From Glycera tridactyla (taxonomy: Eukaryota), in the NCBI GenBank assembly GCA_965644265.1, contig OZ286462.1:24738001-24802000 (forward strand): a stretch of 64,000 bases of DNA. The letters run 5' to 3'. Positions within the stretch are counted from its first letter, which is position 1. Every line of letters begins with the position of its first letter. The position numbers and the translations under genes are program-made. This document shows positions 12,293-23,780 of this stretch, in pieces. The notes under the pieces were generated by a model, which was not told where the DNA came from, did no database searches, and saw nothing but the letters and a program-made list of their open reading frames with translations.

Positions 12293-12347
12293 AAATTCCA
12301 GCTAGTCTGAGTTTCGGCCTTCTAGGCCTCTTCAGTTGCCAAATTCT
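12293..12347 (-). ncRNA. Type-I hammerhead-like motif in the 3' (pseudo-LTR) region of the Penelope element, with one core mismatch
   Basis: Minus strand: CTGAAGA-GGCCT(AGA)AGGCC-GAAAC-TCA-GAC. Stem II is a perfect 5 bp. GAC replaces the expected GUC. Stem I relies on wobble pairs. Confidence 0.55.
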
Positions 12348-12911
12348 AAAATAGAAATGAAGCTGGTCCAGAATTGGTATTTTCCATTTGGGGGCTTGAC
12401 ACCAGGCTCTCAACCGAAGGAAGAGATAGTATTTTCTACTCTTGTTGGGTGGATATGAAAATCACAGGCAACTGAGTTGCCATTTCAAATATAATTCTGG
12501 ATTCTAGGGCTAAACATTCATTGAATGTTCAACCCTTGGTCTAATGGGGGTACCACCGCATTTGTCTATGGTATCTGGGTCCCATTTTTGTTTAGATGTG
12601 GACTGTGATGGCACAATTCACTTTCTTCCAAATACGGCGTCCGTTGGATAGTGTTGGGCATATTTATTATATGACCAACTGCGATCAAGATTCGTTGTGA
12701 CCAGGGTGGTTCACTTCAAGTGCATGAGGGAGGATTACTTATTTAACAGAAATTGAGTGACGAGGCAAAGATCCTCATTCCTGCTCCTTGAATGAAACAA
12801 CCGTCGGTTCAAATGGGGTGGTGTCATGATGTCCTCATTTAGGTCATCCCTCATTTATAACTATCCTGATCAGTGTTTTGGTCCCCAATCTGGGAAATTT
12901 TTGACAGACAC

Positions 12912-13409
12912 CTAGGTTTTCTTCTGTGGTTTCACCTTGATTTTCCCTGTTTCCCGGTAAAACCTCCAATTTCTGCAACCTTTCTCTATGGGTGTTCTAT
13001 CTTTGGTGTTTAATCCCAGAGGGAGCATAGTTCTCAGTCGGTGAATCCAATTAAATTCAATCTGTAATCTGAGGGTGATGCTATGCTCTGATTTCGGGTG
13101 GACAAAAATGAAGTCCAAGACATGGAGCTTCATATCTCGGAGGCCCTTATGATCTGTCGAGAGGAAATGGCGGCTGACGTCCTCAGCCAGATTTTTCCTC
13201 CCTATGGCTCCCGAGTGTGCTCCAAATCTCTGGTTCAATGTGTTCCCCGTTTGACCCACATATTGTTTGGAGCACTTTTTACATGTGATACAGTATATTA
13301 AGTTGCTGCTTTGACATGTAATATTCTTTTTTGCTACATACTCCATTCCCGTGACTCTGCTTGTAATTCTACCTGATTTGTCCAAGAGGGGGCAGAATTT
13401 GCATTTCAT
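12912..13409 (-). pseudogene. GIY-YIG endonuclease portion of the Penelope-like ORF
   Basis: ITCQSSNLIYCITCKKCSKQYVGQTGNTLNQRF...H...VSRHF...H...EFNWIHRLRTMLPLGLN, preceded by a Cys-rich linker (CHPC..KCCNMKCKFC). Confidence 0.9.
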
Positions 13410-13451
13410 ATTGCAACATTTATTTGAATGTTTGCTACATGGGTGGCATCC

Positions 13452-15736
13452 TCAGGAAGTTTGTAGTTGGGGAACTCTGGCTCTGACCAACATATCTCTC
13501 AAATTGGGGGCTCTCCGGTGGCCAAAAATCACTCTGGTCTCCGCGAGGATTTTAGTAGCCTGTGCTCTTTTCAGGAGATCCCAATTTTTCTTCACAAGAT
13601 CCTGAAAGCCCATGAGGTTTGGGTTGAATGTAGTTACCAGAAATATGGATTCAGATGTCTCCTCAACCCCTTCCGTGTCGAGGCTTCTCAGTCTCTGTTC
13701 ATTTAGGAGATCCTGTTGGTTCTTCATTGATGCTTTAATGAAAGCATTCCTGAAAATCTCCAGAGGAGACACATCAGCATTGCACTGTGTCTGACAAAAT
13801 CTGTGTCCCTGCTACAGATCCGTCTGACACGAAGTAATTGGCTATAGGGGACCCCCCTCTTGTTGTGGGGGATGTGAGCCGAAGTGTAATGCAGATATGA
13901 GTGACTGTCTGTTGGTTTGCAAAACAGGTCCGTCCATAGAGTACCAGATTCGTCTATGTGAAGGGTGGTGTCCAAGAAATCCACTCTGGAATGTGATGAT
14001 TCCATAGTGAATTTGATGGTCGGATGAAAACTATTCATGTGCTCGACAAACTTGTCTTGACCATGTGTCCATATTAGAATGATGTCGTCCAAAAACCTTC
14101 TATAGAAAATGGGTTGTTTCTCATAGTTATACACGAACCGGTCTTCAAGGTCAGACATAAAGATGTTTGCTAAACTCGGTGCCACTCTGGTTCCCATTGC
14201 TGTACCCCCAATTTGTAAGAAATTTTCCTCATTGAATTGGAAGTTGTTGCATTTTAAAGTAAGATCTAAGAGTTTGCAAAGTGATGCATTTCTAGGGTTT
14301 CCACAGTTCGTTCTATGTGATGTGAGAAACCGTCGAACACTCTCAATACCTTCATCTATGGGAATGTTCGTATAAAGGCTGGTTACATCCATTGTGGCAA
14401 GGATGCTACCAGCTGGTGCTGAATTCAGGTCATTTATTTCCAAAAGGAAATCAGTAGTGTCTTGAAGGAAAGACTTGATTTTGGGCATGTAAGGCTTCAG
14501 AAAGAAATCTACAAATGATGATATTCTTTCCGTGGGACACTCATTCGCAGAGACAATGGGGCGTCCCAGTGGTTTTTCCAATTTCTTATGAATTTTTGGA
14601 AGTAGGTAGAACTGGGATGTTCTGGGTTCATCAAATACTAAATATTTTGATGCCTCCAGGCCTAGTTCACCGGCTTTATGTAATTCATCTATGAGAGATT
14701 TTATTTTTGAATTATGTAAATCAGTGAGATTTTCTGATGTTTTTACATAAAATTTCTCATCCAAAAGTTGGTGGTATCCTTCATCCAGGTAGTCCTGCCT
14801 ATTCAAGATCACCACACTTGAACCTTTATCTGCCTTTTTCATGATAATACTATGATCTTCCTTCAATTCCTTAATTCCCTGTCTCTCCTGTCTGGTGAGA
14901 TTCTGGTTCCTGGGTGCAGTACAAGGGAATTCGGCTAGCTCCAACTCATTGATCATGACCATGCTTTCTAACATAGTAGGGCAATTGTCGGGTTGCCAAG
15001 TGGATTTGCTTGAAAAATCCTTGTGTGCAAAAGGTGCAGTGTGTGCAGATGGTTCATGTTCAGGTTCAGTGGGGGTGGTGGTGCATGTGGTAGATTGTGA
15101 TTGGGTCAAACATCCTACACTATTGCTCCTAAATACCTCCCGCCAGGCTCTGTTTTTGTCCTGGCCTTTCCCGAAATGGGACTTCAGTCGGACATTTCTA
15201 TGAAATTTGTCCAAATCCCGGCAAAGATCCGCCATGTCCGGTTCGCCAGGTGTCGGACAAAATGTCAGACCTTTCTCCAAATGTGATCTGTGATAGTCTT
15301 TCAACTGGAAATTGGAAAGATTCACTATCCCCCTTGAATACAGATTCATTGATGTAATGACTTCTTTCAGGGTGGACTTGAATAAATTTTCAAAAGACAA
15401 GAAACACAAGGTTTTCAGGGTAACAGGATTATTGCATGCATTGTGAGACCCAGGATTTTGTAGTGAATCGTCCGTATCAGTATTGTTATTGGCAATTGAG
15501 TTCCAATCTATGGCATGGTTCCCACTCGGTCGTATGGACAGGTCGGTGGAACCAAAAGTTGAAAACTCTACCAGCGAATATTCGTCGTGAGAGTCATATT
15601 CCGGTGAATGTTCGCCGTGATGAACTTGTATAAATGAGTTCAAATTAAGGGGAGCTGAATATGACTTAAATGATTGGTTGATTACACCATATAGAGTCTC
15701 TCCCAGTGTTTCAGTTTCATCAAAGTTGAAGATCAC
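13452..15736 (-). pseudogene. Penelope-like reverse transcriptase and thumb/linker, with a frameshift near 13750 and an in-frame TGA at 13452-13454
   Basis: Motifs VNLSNFQL..EKGLTFCPTP, KKADKGSSVVIL, FYLLPKIHK..GRPIVS, MDVTSLYTNIP, GTAMGTRVAPSLANIFM, RFLDDI, IKFTME, FLD, KPTDSHSYL and RRAPNLRDMLVRA. Confidence 0.93.
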
Positions 15737-17153
15737 CTACTTCCTTCAGTGCCTTGCTGAAGGCTCTATGCATCGCCTGTTCGAGAAGGGTTGTCTTGTC
15801 GACTTCGGCATCATTCTTGGGCGATTTCTTTGAGTTGTCGCCGGTTTTAACCAAACGTCGGTTATCGCTGCTTACTGTTACTCGTACTTCGTCATTCCCC
15901 GCTTGTCGGCAAATTGTCGCATTTGACGATTTACCCTTGGATGGGCGAGGTTTCACTTTCGCATTCAGCGAATCCGACTGGTCCTTTCTTGTTGATTTGT
16001 CACTGCCCAGACGTCCTTCCCGCTGTAGTTGGAGAAGCTCGTGGTATCTTTCGCGCTTTCTCTTGTTACTTGCTCGGTTTCTAATTTTGCGCAGGTCTTC
16101 CAGGGTTTCAGCCTCTAGTTTATGCAGTGCTGATTTGTACTTCATGGGTCTGTTATCGTCGGACTTGGGTCTCTCGGTCTTCGCTGTGATGCTCCCTTGG
16201 GTCACATCCTCAACTGTGGGTGGCGAGTCCCGAAATTTCGATTCGACGTGATTCAGTCGTTTTTCCCTCTGTACAGTGGACCTATGGACCTGTTGAGTGA
16301 TCAGTGCCTTACATTCGGTGCTGGGTTTCGAAGCACGCTCGTAGTGATGTTCCACGGTATGCATCGATAATTTTGCATCTTCACCACGGTCCATGCCAAC
16401 TGCGTCCAGCTTGTCCGCCACCCATCTCATGGACTCTTTTCCTTGGGTTCTTTTGAACTCGTAGAATTCTTCCCTGAACTTCCTGTCATCGGGCATCCAC
16501 GCTGGCCATTTGTATAGTCCAAGAGCAAATGGGGGGACCACACTGTCTCTCTCGAGACGACGAAGGTGTCTGGCTAGCTGGTGATTTTTCTCTTTATCCG
16601 CTAAGTCCCGACGCGTCTCGCGGATCGACTTTACCGCACGATCAGGGATGTCAATCTCCTTCGTGTCCTGCAAAAGATCCAAAAATTTAGAATGAATGGT
16701 CTCATCGGGATTTTCTATACCTGTTGGGACCAAAATATTTTTTAATCTTTCTGCCGTTTCACTTATTGAAGGGTAAATGACCTCGGATTCAGAGTTGGGG
16801 TGTATATGTTGGGCACCAGTCAATTTAACTGATCTGGTGTGTGTGTTGGCATTTGTGACGCATTTGATGACCAGATTTGGCCGGGATGTCTGACTGCTGA
16901 TGTCAATAAATAGGACATCTGTCTGTGTTGCATCGGTATGGTCAACATCCGTGGGTCCTGTCTGGGTGGAGATATTTTGCATTTCATTTCTCACATGAGT
17001 CCCTTGTGACTGGGATGAGCTGACATCGAAGTCCGGGTCTAATGCGTCATCCTTTGTAGGTTGACCTTTTGGACCTTTATTTGACTTCTTGATTTTCGAA
17101 GGTACTTTTTTAGCTGTTTTCTGGATGGTGGCGTCAGAGCTTAAAGTTTCCAC
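15720..17153 (-). pseudogene. N-terminal region of the Penelope-like ORF (477 aa open), in a different frame from the RT piece
   Basis: Abuts and overlaps the RT ORF on the same strand. HLRRLERDSVVPPFALGL resembles the N-terminal IPKGL-type region of PLEs (inference). Confidence 0.6.
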
Positions 17154-17319
17154 TAGAGAGGTGGTGACATGGGGGTTCCGTTTTTGATTCAGGTCACACG
17201 GGAGAACGATGGGGTGATCGTTGCAGTGGAATCAGACTCTGAAACATCTTCATCCGAACTCAATGGGGGTTCTTGACCTAATGGGATATCTGCCACCTCT
17301 GGCGTGAGGGTCTCGGCGC

Positions 17320-17321
<2 letters not shown>

Positions 17322-17388
<67 letters not shown>
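17322..17388. repeat. (TA)n microsatellite inside or at the 5' end of the Penelope ORF
   Basis: Direct reading. Confidence 0.95.
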
Positions 17389-19782
17389 TAACGCAGTCTG
17401 AAGAATAGAGCACTCCTACCGCGAAACCTCCCCTGCTCTTTGCGAAATAAGTGGAGATGGGGGTATTGCTATTGTCATCACTATCCATATATCAGGGACG
17501 ATTCCAAAGTCTGCATCAGCGTCAATCACCATGGATGCCATCCGACTACTATACCTGCTCACTAACTGAGAGCCTTCTCACACGTTCATCATTACAGTAC
17601 TCTTGGGTGACGATAGCCTTTTCCAGTTAGAAACCTGGTTTCCTATATGAGGGTTTGGTAGACCAGCTTGAGTATTGACAAAGGTGAAGCCCACTTCGCT
17701 CTTGACGAGAGAAGATTGCATTGTATGAATGTTACGAGTTGGAATGAAGTTTATTTATCCCATCTTTATCTTATCATATAGTAATGGGATGTTGCAATTT
17801 TCTATCATAATGATCCACACATTCCTGGCCGCTGCGTACGATTAGCATGAATGTGGGGCGAAAAACAATTGGATTTCATCTCATGTGTGATGTTTTCGCA
17901 GTGACGACGATAATCATGAAGATCACGATGATGACAATGATAATGACGACGATGACAATGACGATGATGGTGGTGGTTGTGGCAATGGTAATGGTAATGT
18001 TGATGATGGTGGTGCAAGTCGATTGATGGAATGATGAGGGATTTCATTCTTTGGCAAAGTTTCATACCTCGACCTTAAGGTCAGTGTCAAGATTTTCAGG
18101 ATCAATGTAGCAAGCATGGATGAACATGAAAATATAAAAACCAAGGCTACAATACAGGTCGATTTCGTGTACAAAATCATTACATACTGTTCGATCCTGA
18201 AGCCCATGACCAGGTATTTCACATGCACTCTCATTAATTCAGAATAGCTGCTATTTATGCATCGCAGCTATGTGTTGATGAATTGAAAATGACAGATTAG
18301 ATCTGTCTGGCAATAATAGCTGCAGGCACCTTAACTTGGGTTCAATACGACAGCCATCGGTGAGCCTTTTAATTAACCCCAACTCTGTAGTTCACTGCAC
18401 CTGTATTCTAAGCCAACTGCTTATCAGAGGCTGGTATGGCCGTGTGAGTTGTTGTGTATGCTGCAAGAACACAAAGGATCCTGCCTATAGTCGCACAAAG
18501 GGTAGGGGATGTTGCCTGGCAGGAGTACTCTCAAGCCGATAGTAAAAGGGTAGCCATACAACACAGCAGTCATCTATATTCCGCAGTCCAGGTATTGTCC
18601 ATGTATTTGAGAATTGGGAATTTCATTCATTCTGATATGATCCACTCATCCCGAATTCTCCAGCTTCTAATAACAGCTGGGACGTAAAAGAGAAGAATAC
18701 AAATGAATCTAAGTTTGTGCCTTTGCAAAGCGCAGCACTTGACACAAGGAGAGGCATTAGATCCGGAGAATACTGAACCAATGTGTTCAATTACGAACTG
18801 TCAACTTCGAACCAGCTTTACAATCATTTCTTGCCCTATGCTCGCAGTACCATACCATCACACATCATAGTATCTAGAGTGAGGTGTAACTGTATCAATC
18901 TGACTGAACACTCAACATAAAGCAATGCTTCCTAACAATATATAGCAATTGAAAGAAACATATGAAGTTTCTGCAATAATTGCCGAATATTTCACGTAAG
19001 AACGCTCAAGCTGGCATTTCGTAATGTGACAATATTACTCCACATTGGGAGACGATTTCAAGGTAGATCTCAGAGAAAGGAAGCAGATTGTGGATTAACT
19101 GACAGGTTTGTGATCCCTGGTGTTGAGATCAAAAGACAGATACAGACATGACCCACACACGAGAATGGGCTGTGGTGGTGTGAGGATCTATCGGAGATTT
19201 TGAAACACTGGTCTCAAGTCAGTGGAGGTGCTAAAATATGTGTCCATGAACCAGCCACACAAATACACCTCCTCAGCATACACACATAAACATGGGAAAG
19301 AACATGGACCAGCAGCAGCAAGTTTTACGAAAACTGTGTCAGCACTAGCCATTAGTCAGTTTGCCAGGGGCTAAAGTTCATCTCGTCTACCTAAGGAAAT
19401 TGACAAATAGAGTCTTCTCATATAAGTAACATAGTCACGGAAAATCTGCATTTTATGGGATTTTTTAGCTGGAAATCACGATTTTCCCACGTCTACAGAA
19501 CAATACGCCAGTTTATAATTGAAGTGATGGTGAAACTGAAGTAATCCCGGGATGATCCGGGCTCAAGCATAAGTAATCTGACTTTGAATGTCGAGGCCAC
19601 TTTTGCTAAATCTGCAACCGAAAAGAAGAGAAGGCATGCCTAAAAATTACCGACCGATTCATTCTGTGTATACAGCTCATGCCCATCGATTCAACCAGAG
19701 CTGTTGAACAATTACCACGACCCTCACTTGGCCTACTCAGTGGGATGCACATGGATTATTCACAGGGACAAAGTCGATTTCT

Positions 19783-21080
19783 GCCCTTACCTTGATGAAA
19801 CTAACTAATGGTATCGAATGCAGCCACCACCCACCATATGACACATGTGTGTATAGTGACACAAAGGCAGTATATGAATGCCTGTCCTCGGCGGTCACCA
19901 TGATTGTGTCAATGATGAGTCTTACCTTGTACAGCCATCACACAGTATATTGGATACAAGTATATTATCCATCAAGGAGGACATCAGAAAAAAAAGAATG
20001 CCTTACTTCTTGGATATTGAGAACGCCGACGAATGAATGAGTCTTGGGAGCCTATTACTTCGAAAAAGCCATAACCAAAAATGTGAACCTGCCTGGTAGG
20101 AACTCAGAAAATGTATCGGAAGCGTATTCCGCATTAGTTGTATAAACGAAGCTAGAGTCTACAACCACACAAAATCGATCTCCACAATTCAACCATTCTT
20201 GATTATGATAATTTATCTTCCAATTCTGGGAGCCTCTAAAAGAATGCTTAGGAAGGACTGCTGAACCTCATTGCACTCGAAGGGGCAATATTGAGTGACA
20301 TGTCTGGTTGAGCAATCGATAGATGATTGGAATTTATTGTCATTTACTGTCCTCACCATAAAGGTCACAGAGTAAAACTGCAAGACTGCAGATGATCCAA
20401 TAAAGGACCGCCTCAACCGAAAAGCTCACATCCATTTTCTGGTTTCCGATACTCCTTTTTCTGCCCCTAACCTTGATGAAACTGAGTAATGGTATCGAAT
20501 GCAGCCACCACCCACCATATGACACATAAGTGTATGGTGACACAAAGGCAGTATATGAATGCCTGTCCTTGGCGGTCACCATGATTGTGACAATGATGAG
20601 TCTCACCTTGTACAGCCATCACACATTATATTGGATACACGTATATTGTCCATGTAGGAGGACATCAGAAATAAAAGAATGCATTACATCTCGAATATCG
20701 AGACCGCCAACAAAGGAATTAGTCTTGGAAGCCTATCACTTTCAAAAAGCCATTACCAGAAATGTAAATCTACCTGGGAGCAACTCAGAAAATGTATTCT
20801 CTCCCAATTCTGTGAGCCTTTGAAAGAATACTCGGGAATAAATGCACCTAAAAGGGCAATATTGCGTGACATGTTTGGTTGGTTGGAATGAATTGTCATT
20901 TACAAGTCATTTACAAGTCCTCAGCATAAAGGTCACATAGTTGAACATCAAGACTGAATACGTCTCCGGTTTGAATCTTGAGCAGGCGAATGTGGGATGA
21001 TCACGATGGATGATTCCCAAGCCGTGGGATCCGAAAAAGGACAACCTCAACCGAAAAATTCACATATAATTGCATGAGTT
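19783..21080. repeat. Diverged tandem duplication with units of about 680 and 620 bp
   Basis: ctgccc(t/c)ta(a)ccttgatgaaact..aatggtatcgaatgcagccaccacccaccatatgacaca starts at ~19783 and 20461. Homology continues to cctcaaccgaaaa at ~20415 and ~21047. Confidence 0.9.
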
Positions 21081-21699
21081 GACATTTTCTAGTCTTCCAA
21101 CAGTCCTCTATTCTGAATAGTTAGACAAGCAGCCAGCTTGTTGGCACCTCTCTTGGCTGTCAGCAGGATGCTTGGCAAAGTGCAACCCATCAATATATAC
21201 TTCGCCATCACGCCTGGCGATGCATGTGACCTTGCCGCAACCGTCATATTCATTGCCGCATATGGTGTGAGGCGCAATACAATCAGTGAATATACAAGGT
21301 CAATCAAATGATTTCTCTCATGTAAATTTAACATCTTATTGCTCTTTACTCAAATCCTGTTTTCCGATTCAATTCTATTGGAATATTCAATTGACTGTAG
21401 ATGACCAAAGAGCATGCATGCTGAAAATATGAGGGTGTGTGCGAGATAGACGAATAGACAGAGAAAAGGGCAGACAGACAGACAAACAGGTGGAAGAACA
21501 GCGAGAAGGCTGCGGAGCAACACAAGGAGGGACAGAGGGTGCCTGAGAGGGACGACCGGTGTTTATTAAATGAGAAGATTGTCGATCACTAATCAGACAA
21601 ATGGAGATCACATACATCAAACTAATGAAGACACATCATCTCTACGAGAATGATGACTTAGTTTACTCATAGGCACTGAGATACACACCTTGACATATA

Positions 21700-21704
<5 letters not shown>

Positions 21705-21748
<44 letters not shown>
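21705..21748. repeat. (TC)n microsatellite
   Basis: Direct reading. Confidence 0.95.
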
Positions 21749-21749
<1 letters not shown>

Positions 21750-22096
21750 AGCATGATGGAAATTTGAAAGAAATACGGATGATTCGAGTTGTTTCCCAGG
21801 TGGTGACTTCCACCGCTGATGAATACTTACGAGTTGTGATACAATCAAAATTGAGGCATTGTGTCATGCTCATCAGGCTGTTTTAGCCGATTAGCATGTT
21901 ATGGCTGATTAGTTGGTTATAGGCAATCATGGAGTGAACGCGACGAGCTGACCAATTGTCTGTTACATCTATCGACAAGTGCTATACTGAATCAGTTCAT
22001 GCGAGTGTCCATTCTCTGTCTCTGTCTCTCCTCTGTTGCTCGTCACATAACAATGAATAGTGTTTTTATTGAGATTTGTATTATCATGAAAATCTT

Positions 22097-22292
22097 TGAT
22101 TGATTGATTGATTGATTGAGTGCTGTTCGACGACATGTATCACCCAGAGGATTATGTATGCCATGCGTCCCAGGTCGATGAAAGTTCTATCTTCTGTCCC
22201 CTGCAGGCATCACGCAACCCCGAACACGAGATGATGAGGAATCTGCGAGGTTGTCAATTGATAGTAGCTAACAGTTCAGACACACCTCTACC
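22097..22292 (-). repeat. Dispersed repeat family X, copy 5 (most complete), with an (AATC)n tail
   Basis: (gatt)5, then gacatgtatcacccagaggattatg...tgtcccctgcaggcatcac...cccgaacacgagatgatga...acagttcagacacacctctacc. Confidence 0.6.
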
Positions 22293-23780
22293 AACATATT
22301 AAACCTATGAATGGCACATCAAACTATGTGACTGACTGGAAGCTGATACTGAAGCCTGATGGCAATGCTTTCTTTTCAAATATGAATAGTCCAGGTGAGA
22401 GACGCAATGGTAAGCATGTGCCATTTTCAGAGTGTATTCTGCAGATAATGGAGGCGAACCACGTCAGGTAGAATATGACTTGAAAATATATCTGGATGAA
22501 TGGAGCATACTGGAAATCTATAGAAAAATTCAGTTACCTGCTTACACTTGTCTCGATGTCACTAATGCATAACTTGCATGAACTTGGAAACGAAATGCTT
22601 ATTCAACATTTATTTTCAAGTAACAAATCTGGTCTCCAATAGACCTGACATAGATGTATTACATGGCATCAACTGGTATATTGCCGTGGATTCATTCTTC
22701 TTGGAGTAAATTATAGATGAAGAATTGAGATGCGAAGCGACGTCACAGAATAAAAGAAGGGATATTCTAGGGTATCAGCTAATGGATGCCGGTCATGTAA
22801 AGTGCTATCTGTAGCTATAATAAAGTTATGGGCGGCAAGGTCTATCTGAGAAATATAATTCTCCAGCGATAATCAAAGTCAGCAGAAGCAGGGAATCTGA
22901 TACAGATGTGTTCCGAGGTATCAACTTTGGATGCAAGTCATGTGTTTCGAGGGATGGAGGTCATTCTGTCTGTATCTCTATGACATACGTGCACAAATGC
23001 AGGCCATGAACATGAAAAGGCTTAAATGGATTTGGGGAAGAAAACATTTCCTGAATTGAAAGTCAAAATTGGATTTAATTATTCCAAACGAAGTTTAGCA
23101 TACAGCAATCTTAAACTTGAATTCAAATTTTTTGTGGACTGTCAACTATATTTTCAAAAATGTCCTAGTGCTCTACGCTGACTGAATTATAAGGAACAGA
23201 AAGACAGCAGACAAATATATTACTGATCTAAACAACGGTAGCCCTCTTATGAACCTTGCAGGGACCGAATGTATAAAGCAAATATGGACTGGAGATGAAG
23301 ATTAGTGTGTCCGTATCGGTGAAACATCAGGGTGCGAGGAGAATGGGCACTGATTCACACAGCCAGGCAGCCCTGGATAAACCAGTGAGTTCCACAACCA
23401 TGGTACAAACAGGTGCGCCTCAGCAATAGACATGGAATCAGCATCCATCCACCAGTAGCAAAAAGATCGGATGCGACATAGGAAATAAAAACGATTGCAA
23501 TAGCAACAAAAATCACCACTTAAAGTGGAGCCTTTTATGTATTCATCTCATTTCACTGAGATTTTCCGTATGGCTTCTTTGAGACAAGATGTGCCTCCGG
23601 CGAAGGTCATGTTTCACTTTCACTACATGTACGAAGCTACGTGTGCTAGGATTACTATGTGAAGTCGACATATTCAGCTTGTGGGGGTGAATACATTGGG
23701 AGTGAACTTCTCCTCGGTAACATTCCTCGTCACGAGATATGTCAACCTAACCTGTTGGTGGGTTTCATTTCGAAACTTCA

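Larger units (their letters stand above)
12068..17488 (-). mobile_element. Penelope-like retroelement (RT plus C-terminal GIY-YIG endonuclease; Neptune-like layout), degenerate, boundaries approximate
   Basis: See the ORF pieces below. A hammerhead-like motif sits in the 3' region. The left end runs into a gap. Confidence 0.88.

Noticed and set aside
13452-13454. In-frame TGA between RT and endonuclease as selenocysteine or programmed readthrough
   Set aside because: Sec-containing PLEs (Naiads) have an N-terminal endonuclease, unlike this element. The codon is not at an evident Cys position, and the copy has other frameshifts, so a nonsense mutation is simpler.
14163-16251. Plus-strand ORFs overlapping the Penelope element (and similar antisense ORFs over the LINE and Gypsy ORFs)
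   Set aside because: They are antisense shadows of the transposon coding frames.
17398-17440. CTGAAGA...GAAA on the plus strand as a hammerhead
   Set aside because: Stem II does not close next to GAAA and the stem I register is off.
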